A DNA stretch of 5,009 nt from contig NW_021830288.1 in assembly GCF_006345805.1 (NCBI RefSeq), positions 1 to 5,009 on the forward strand, in the 5' to 3' direction. The notes beneath the pieces are model-generated. The model did no database searches. It was not told where the DNA came from and saw only the letters and a program-made list of their open reading frames with translations. The position numbers and the translations under genes are program-made. This DNA comes from Octopus sinensis. Taxonomy: Eukaryota. This document shows, in pieces, positions 1 to 5,009 of the stretch (its first letter is position 1; every line of letters starts with the position of its first letter).

Positions 1-221
1 TTCACGCACCTTCATACATAGCTGGACAAATATGTTGCATCACACGCATACTTCACATTGCATACATTACAAGAAAGATACACACACTACTAAAAGCAAC
101 CCAACAAAAACAGTCAGTCGATAATGGACAAGAACGGAAAGAGATAAAGGGAAGTTATTTAATAATTAGTAGTATAAACGTGTGCCACTTGTCCTACAAC
201 AGTCAGTCCACCTGTGTGTTG

Positions 222-329
222 ATACATCTATACATACATACATGATTACACACATACGTATGTATGTATGTATGTATCTATAATATATATAGTACACACA
301 TACGTATGTATGTATGTGTATTATATATA

Positions 330-361
<32 letters not shown>

Positions 362-670
362 CATACACATACATAACACGCACTATATCCATATATATAT
401 GCATATAATATATGTTATAATGTGTGTGTATATATATATACACATATATATACATATATATATAATATATATATATAATATATGATGTATATATGTGTGT
501 GTGTGTGTGTATACATATATATATATTACATACATACATACATACAATACATACATATATATATATACATATATACGCATGTATCTATATGCAACTATAT
601 ACACATACACACACATACATTCATGTATATATATATATATATTAAACATGTTTTATACACACACACATAT
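222..670. repeat. Compound microsatellite / low-complexity tract of (TA)n, (CA)n, (TG)n and (TACA/TATG)n
   Basis: Near-continuous alternating purine-pyrimidine di- and tetranucleotide repeats. They explain the Y/I/H/C/V-rich ORFs at 264-779. Confidence 0.97.
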
Positions 671-1284
671 TAGGGAGGGATGGTGGAGAGAGAGGGAGAA
701 AGAGATTTTACGCTGCTATACGTACAGCCGATGTTTAATTTGGAATTTAAACGAGAAAGTTCATCAAACAGAGCTGTAAGCAACGAAGCAACTTTTCATT
801 GGCAACTTCGCCGACATTTAATATGTCCCAGCGTTGATTTGTTTACAATCTCGAACGAATTTCTAATGTTAATTTTCTCAGTCGTAACCGTACATGTTTC
901 TTCTTGCCATAGACACACAGAAATATATTAACTCAAAACGTTAGATGCATGTACAGACCCGTGCCTTTTGCAAACATTAAGCTGTGTATATTTATTTTGG
1001 AAAGGGAAAAAAATCCCTCTTTTATTACAGATTTTCGTGATATATGTGTGAACAAGGGCTTCTCAAAACATCGTTTTTTTTGCCTTGTCCTTTTCTCTGA
1101 TTATTTGATTTAGTTTAATTCTTTTTATTCTTTTCATTTACGCCATGTATGTCTCGCTCATTATATACATATTCTTCCCTTTAAATTATTCTATTAACAT
1201 ACTTTGGAATAAATCAGAGGGTTCCAGTTTCTCTATCAATAAAAGGCGCAGCTCCGCCATCTTTCCCTTCCTCTCTCATGCCGG

Positions 1285-1415
1285 TTTCACATTTTGGCTC
1301 AAGGCCAGCAATTTCGAAGTAGGGGTAAGTCGATTACATCGACCCCAGTGTTCAACTGGTACTTATTTAACCGAAAGGATGAAAGGCAAAGTCGACCTCA
1401 GCGGAATTTGAACTC
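1285..1415 (-). mobile_element. 5'-truncated tRNA-derived SINE fragment (family B)
   Basis: The minus strand begins with a B-box-like GAGTTCAAATTC (1415-1404), followed by GTCGACTTTGCCTTTCATCCTTTCGG and AATAAGTACCAG...ACTGGGGTCGATGTAATCGAC. The last block is shared with the 3' half of the family A copies in this window. No A box is present; the element breaks at a (CA)n tract. Similarity to Octopus SINEs is from recall. Confidence 0.8.
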
Positions 1416-1838
1416 ACACACACATTCCATAACTATCAACTCTGGAGAGCACAGGGTTACATAATCAGACTGTTTCCTAACACTCCGTTGAACCTCTAGT
1501 ACGAAACCGATCGGTTAGATCGGCTGTAATGGATATATAATACTATACACTTCCATTAATATATCCACTCTACTTACAAATATACGAGTGCATTTTTTCC
1601 TGACTTATGGACTCTTAGACGGCTATATATATAATTGTATATAGATCGGTAACCACTACACACATTTTCTTTTCTCTCCTTGCTTCTCTCCTTATTTTTT
1701 TCTGTCTCCCTTTCTGTGGAAGAGCGTAGGCTCGAAACGTAAAAGACTTTTTCTATTCCTGAGCGTTATACTAATACATCTGTTTGTTTTGTACGCCACC
1801 TGTCTGTCTTCGTCTTTGTTTTTTTCGTGAACCCTCCC
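1416..1838 (+). mobile_element. Putative interspersed repeat carrying a hammerhead-like motif (possible Penelope-like terminal repeat or retrozyme-like remnant)
   Basis: A complex-sequence block bounded by (CA)n at 1415-1424 and (TA)n at 1839, lying between two truncated SINEs. It contains the hammerhead-like motif at 1710-1745 and several palindromes. Boundaries and class are inferred. Confidence 0.4.
1710..1745 (+). ncRNA. Minimal type I hammerhead ribozyme-like motif (variant core, possibly inactive)
   Basis: Stem I CUUU 1710-1713 pairs with AAAG 1742-1745. Core CUGUGGA 1714-1720 (consensus CUGANGA, with A6 changed to U), extra A at 1721, stem II GAGC 1722-1725/GCUC 1730-1733 with a GUAG loop, GAAA 1734-1737, palindromic stem III ACGU 1737-1740, and cleavage triplet GUA 1739-1741. 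Confidence 0.5.
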
Positions 1839-1842
1839 TATG

Positions 1843-1916
<74 letters not shown>
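1839..1916. repeat. (TA)n microsatellite
   Basis: Near-perfect TA run with few interruptions. It abuts the truncated family A SINE at the position where the other copies carry their internal microsatellite. Confidence 0.98.
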
Positions 1917-1918
<2 letters not shown>

Positions 1919-2078
1919 ATGGGCTTCTGCACAGTTTTCACTCATCTGCCCAATTCACTCACAAATCACTGGTCGGTCCAAGGTTATATACTAGAAGACT
2001 TTTGCCTCAGGTTCCGCGCAGTGGGACCAAACCTGAAACCAAGAGGCTGCAAATCAAGCTTCTTAACCATATAGCCGT
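1917..2078 (-). mobile_element. tRNA-derived SINE family A, diverged 5' half only
   Basis: The reverse complement is colinear with 3165-3325. Exact anchors: CGCAGTGGGAC 2017-2027, CACTCACAA 1956-1964 and ATGGGCTTCT 1919-1928, matching 3215-3225, 3281-3289 and 3312-3321. A and B boxes are degenerate, and no 3' half follows the TA tract. Confidence 0.88.
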
Positions 2079-2149
2079 GTTAAAAGAATGTTACATCTGA
2101 ATTTGGACGCCATAGTAACTCTTATATTAAATTTAAATCTGGACTCTTT

Positions 2150-2218
2150 TGTTTATTTGTCTGTCCTTGTTTGTCCTCTATGTGTTTAGCCCCTTGTGGG
2201 CAGTAAAGAAATAGGTAT
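2150..2218 (+). mobile_element. Probable isolated SINE 3'-tail fragment
   Basis: TTTGTCTGTCCTTGTTTGTCCTCTATGTGTTTAGCCCCTTGTGGGCAGTAAAGAAATAGG resembles my recollection of an Octopus SINE 3' end. There is no second copy in the window to confirm it. Confidence 0.45.
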
Positions 2219-2291
2219 TGGCGGTGGAAACTTATATTTCCAGTCTCTTTCACAGAGCATGACACTGTTAGTAGAAACCTGATTGAATATA

Positions 2292-2611
2292 GACTGGTAT
2301 TCCGTCGGTTTCGACGACGAGTGTTCCAGGTGATCCGATCAATGGAACAGCTGGTTCGTAAAAGTGCATGTGGTTGAGCACTCCACAGACACGTGTACCC
2401 ATAACGTAGTTCTGAGGGAGTTTCAGCGTAACACAAAATGCGACAAGGTTGGCCCTTTGAAATACAGGCGCTGCCTTTACTTGCTAGCTGAATGAACTCA
2501 ACAACGTGAAATAAAATGTCTTGCTGAAGAACACAACGTGTCGCCGAAAATTGAACTCATGACCTTACAACCGCGAGCCGATTACCCTTACCACTAAGCC
2601 ACACTCCTCCT
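2292..2611 (-). mobile_element. Near full-length tRNA-derived SINE (family C)
   Basis: Minus strand shows A box TGGCTTAGTGG (2601-2591) and B box GAGTTCAATT (2558-2549), then TGTGTTCTTCAGCAAGACA, which resembles the CCTTGGGCAAG block after many SINE heads. Two hairpins lie at the 3' end. A candidate TSD matches at 10/13 (2279-2291 vs 2612-2624). Confidence 0.82.
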
Positions 2612-3040
2612 CTGATTAGATGTAATATTTGTTCGTTTCGGGGGGGGGGTGTTTCTTGTCGAAAGAATGTGTACAGATTGCATTTTAAAATGTTCAGTGG
2701 TTCTTCGTTTATTGATGTTTAGAAAGATGTACTGCTGTTAATCAAAACAGAACCAATTACAGCAAAATTTTGTAATGTTTTTAGTGCTGTGAAACTGAAT
2801 GGATTTTCAATTACCAACCATATTTGATGGCAGAAATGACATATGGGTATATTAGGCACTCCCGAATGTCAACAGCGCATATTCATGAAATAAAGTTTTT
2901 ATTGCATTAAAGCATGTAATATAGGTTCAACTTCGCACAGAGGACCCAGGGTAGTTTTTTTTTTTTTTGAGGCGTTTTTGTTTCTTTGGGAAACATAGCT
3001 CATCTTATGTACCATCAAATATGTCAGCGGCATTTTAGTT

Positions 3041-3052
3041 TGTGTGTGTGTG

Positions 3053-3084
<32 letters not shown>
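3041..3084. repeat. (TG)n microsatellite
   Basis: TG run with two interruptions. Confidence 0.97.
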
Positions 3085-3155
3085 CGTACTATTCTTCCAA
3101 TAAGCGCTATAGCCCCCACCAACGTTATTTTAAACTTTTAAATCTTAACTTAACA

Positions 3156-3366
3156 GGCCTAGGAGTGGCTGTGTGGTAAGTAGCTTGCTTACGAACTACA
3201 TGGTTCCGGGTTCAGTCCCACTGCGTGGCGTGGCACCTTGGCCAAGTGTCTGCTACTATAGCCTCGGGCCGATCAAAGTCTTGTGAGTGGATTTGGTAGA
3301 CGGAAACTGAAAGAAGCCCATCGTATATATGTATATAGATGTGTGTGAGTGTGTGTGTGTGTGTGC

Positions 3367-3413
<47 letters not shown>

Positions 3414-3631
3414 GTGTGTGTGTGCATGTTTGTGTCTGTGTTTGTCCATCCCAACATTGCTTGACAACCGATGCTGTGTGTTTACGTCCCCGTAACTGTG
3501 GTACGGCAAAAGGGACCGATAGAATAAGTACTAGGCTTACAAAGAATAAGTACTGGGGTCTATTTGCTCGACTAAAGGCAGTGTTCCAGCATGGCCACAG
3601 TCAAATGACTGAAACAAGTAAAAGAGTAAAA
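3156..3631 (+). mobile_element. Full-length tRNA-derived SINE family A with internal microsatellite
   Basis: A-box-like TGGCTGTGTGG 3166-3176 and B-box-like GGTTCAGTCCC 3209-3219; body to about 3322; (TA)/(GT)n at 3323-3428; 3' half 3429-3631 ending in the CAGTC-AAAT-GACTG hairpin and an A-rich AGTAAAAG-type tail. It is colinear with the minus-strand copies at 1917-2078 and 3901-4560. Confidence 0.92.
3323..3428. repeat. (TA)/(GT)n microsatellite internal to the SINE
   Basis: A short TA/TATG stretch followed by a long interrupted GT run. Confidence 0.97.
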
Positions 3632-4100
3632 TAGACAAATTAGACTCATGGGAATGGCTAAAAAACCACGGCAAAGCCTTTTTCAACTCATACTTATTGT
3701 TTTAAGATAAAGAATTCAAGGACATATTGAAATTTAGGTAAGCTATGTCTGAAAAATATGACATGATAGTCGCGGATGGAAGATCTTTAATTAATCGGTC
3801 CGCTATACCAGGGTTGAAATGAATCTAAACAACAAAATCATAATAATCATAGCTGTGTTAATTATAAATTTGGAACGTTTTAATTTGTTTCATAATCTGT
3901 TATCTCATTGGTTGTTTCAGTTATTGGACTGCGGTCATGCTGGGACACCACCTTAGAGGGTTTTAGTCGAGCAAAATCGACACCAGTTGTTATTATTTTT
4001 ATGTCTGGTACTTATTCTATCGATCTCTTTTACCGAACCACCAACTTTCTAGAATATAGAAAAGTATTGTTTGTCAAGCAATGGTCAGGGACAAACAGAA

Positions 4101-4140
4101 ACACGCACACACACATACACACGTGTGTTTGTGTGTATGC

Positions 4141-4171
<31 letters not shown>
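4101..4171. repeat. (CA)n-(GT)n-(TA)n compound microsatellite
   Basis: Directly visible; it lies inside the minus-strand SINE. Confidence 0.95.
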
Positions 4172-4340
4172 ATGGTATTTTTATATAAGCTTAAAGTTTA
4201 TGGTGATCACCGTGCAATGATAAGGAAAATAGTCTAATAAAGGAGCATATAAGCTCTCGACAGAAAAAAGAAGGCTTTCCTATCCGCGTGGGAGACGAAC
4301 CCACATCCCTTTGTTAACGCGACTACTAAGTGTCGAAAGC
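4172..4340. other. Non-SINE-A insert between two TA tracts, containing a tRNA T-arm-like hairpin and inverted repeats
   Basis: Absent from the homologous plus-strand SINE copy and flanked by (TA)n on both sides. Contains GTGGG-TTCGTCT-CCCAC on the minus strand (4304-4288). Confidence 0.55.
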
Positions 4341-4364
4341 ATATATATATATATATATATATAT
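4341..4364. repeat. (AT)12 microsatellite
   Basis: Perfect AT run. Confidence 0.97.
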
Positions 4365-4797
4365 AAAGAAGTTAAATGTATGTACACATATAATATGACG
4401 AGCTCCTATACAGTTTCCTTCTACCAAACCCACTCACAAGGCATTGAACAGGCAGGGGTTATAGTGGAAGCCATTTGCCCAAGGTGCCACGCAGTGGGAC
4501 GGAACCCAACACCACGTGAATGCAAAGCAAGCTTCATGACCTCACAGTCATGCCTGCACCTAAACATTTTAAGCATGTATTGTTTTTGTATTTGTTTTTC
4601 ACACAACTTTTAAGTTATTCTAATTTATTTAGCAATAAATGCAAAACTTTGCAACGCTTTAACTTAGCAATTTGGCAAAACATGAACGTCCACGCCAGAA
4701 AATATTTAGGGCAATCGGACAGCAAGTGTTTCGGACTTTAATTCCTGGACACTCCATGAGAACTGGACCCACACATGTCACGACTCCTAGGCATCCT

Positions 4798-4900
4798 CCT
4801 ACTGTTTTTCAAAAGCTGCCTTCAGTAGGGATTGAATCCGGAACGTTTGGGTGATATCATTCCCAAGTAGCAAGGTCATCTCTATACAAACTCCGCCATT
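4798..4900 (-). mobile_element. Possible degenerate tRNA-derived SINE head (fourth family); 3' extent unknown
   Basis: Minus-strand A-box-like TGGCGGAGTTTG (4898-4887) and B-box-like GGATTCAATCCC (4839-4828) lie 47 nt apart with a hairpin between them. The B box deviates from consensus. Confidence 0.4.
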
Positions 4901-5009
4901 TTCATGTTTCTTTGTTTCACTTATTCCTTTCCCTCTCAACATTATCCGCCATCCGATCTTGACTCCGTCCTTCCCCTACGCCCTCCCTTTATCACAGTTT
5001 CTTGTTCTA

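Larger units (their letters stand above)
3901..4560 (-). mobile_element. Full-length, more diverged SINE family A with an interrupted internal microsatellite
   Basis: Head at 4560-4398: GCCACGCAGTGGGAC 4486-4500 is the reverse complement of 3215-3229. 3' half at about 4100-3901: 4071-4083, 4008-4022, 3962-3975 and 3912-3921 are reverse complements of 3455-3467, 3517-3531, 3563-3576 and 3608-3617. The middle comprises microsatellites plus an insert of about 170 bp. Confidence 0.88.

Noticed and set aside
109-208. 11-nt direct repeat AACAGTCAGTC (109-119, 198-208)
   Set aside because: Only two short copies with nothing element-like between them; compatible with chance.
264-779. Five overlapping ORFs rich in Y/I/H/C/V
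   Set aside because: These are translations of dinucleotide microsatellites, which lack stop codons by composition.
680-931. 83-aa ORF and a possible 48-nt exon (728-775; AG at 726-727, GTAAGC at 776)
   Set aside because: No recognisable protein motif, a weak polypyrimidine tract, and such splice-like pairs arise by chance. RNA-seq would be needed.
2540-2611. Functional tRNA genes at SINE heads (also 3156-3230 and 4280-4330)
   Set aside because: A/B boxes or a T-arm are present, but I cannot build a cloverleaf with acceptor and anticodon stems.
2640-2968. G10 run (2640-2649) and T14 run (2955-2968) as a G-quadruplex or retrocopy tail
   Set aside because: Isolated homopolymers with no four G-tracts, and no recognisable element or TSD associated with the T run.
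3521-3554. 12-nt direct repeat suggestive of a CRISPR or regulatory array
   Set aside because: Two copies inside a SINE body in eukaryotic DNA, with no repeat-spacer periodicity or cas genes.
3874-4572. AACGTTTTAA / AACATTTTAA as a TSD of the minus-strand SINE
   Set aside because: An AT-rich 9/10 match whose left copy lies about 17 nt from the apparent tail; not convincing.
1145-4854. Remaining 60-109 aa ORFs
   Set aside because: Nearly all overlap SINEs, putative SINEs or microsatellites. None shows RT, endonuclease, transposase or another recognisable domain.
4905-5009. Pyrimidine-rich tract ending in CACAG (4997) as a splice acceptor
   Set aside because: Plausible, but only 12 nt of downstream sequence are visible, so no exon can be supported.

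Overview
Non-coding, AT-rich, repeat-dense eukaryotic DNA, either intronic or intergenic. No credible protein-coding gene is present: the listed ORFs are translations of microsatellites and SINEs. The window holds long (TA)n/(CA)n/(GT)n microsatellites and several tRNA-derived SINE copies with Pol III A/B boxes. 'Family A' has three mutually homologous copies: 1917-2078 (-, 5' half only), 3156-3631 (+) and 3901-4560 (-); the two complete copies carry an internal microsatellite. There is also a 5'-truncated 'family B' copy (1285-1415, -), a 'family C' copy with a candidate degenerate target-site duplication (2292-2611, -), and a weaker fourth Pol III-like head (about 4798-4900, -). From memory these repeats resemble Octopus (coleoid cephalopod) SINEs; this was not checked by a search, and the family letters are my own labels. 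The most notable observations are a minimal type I hammerhead-ribozyme-like motif at 1710-1745 (Penelope/retrozyme style, one core substitution), a tail-to-tail inverted SINE pair able to form long dsRNA, a double-hairpin module shared between SINE families, and a small inverted-repeat-bounded tRNA T-arm module nested in a SINE's TA tract.
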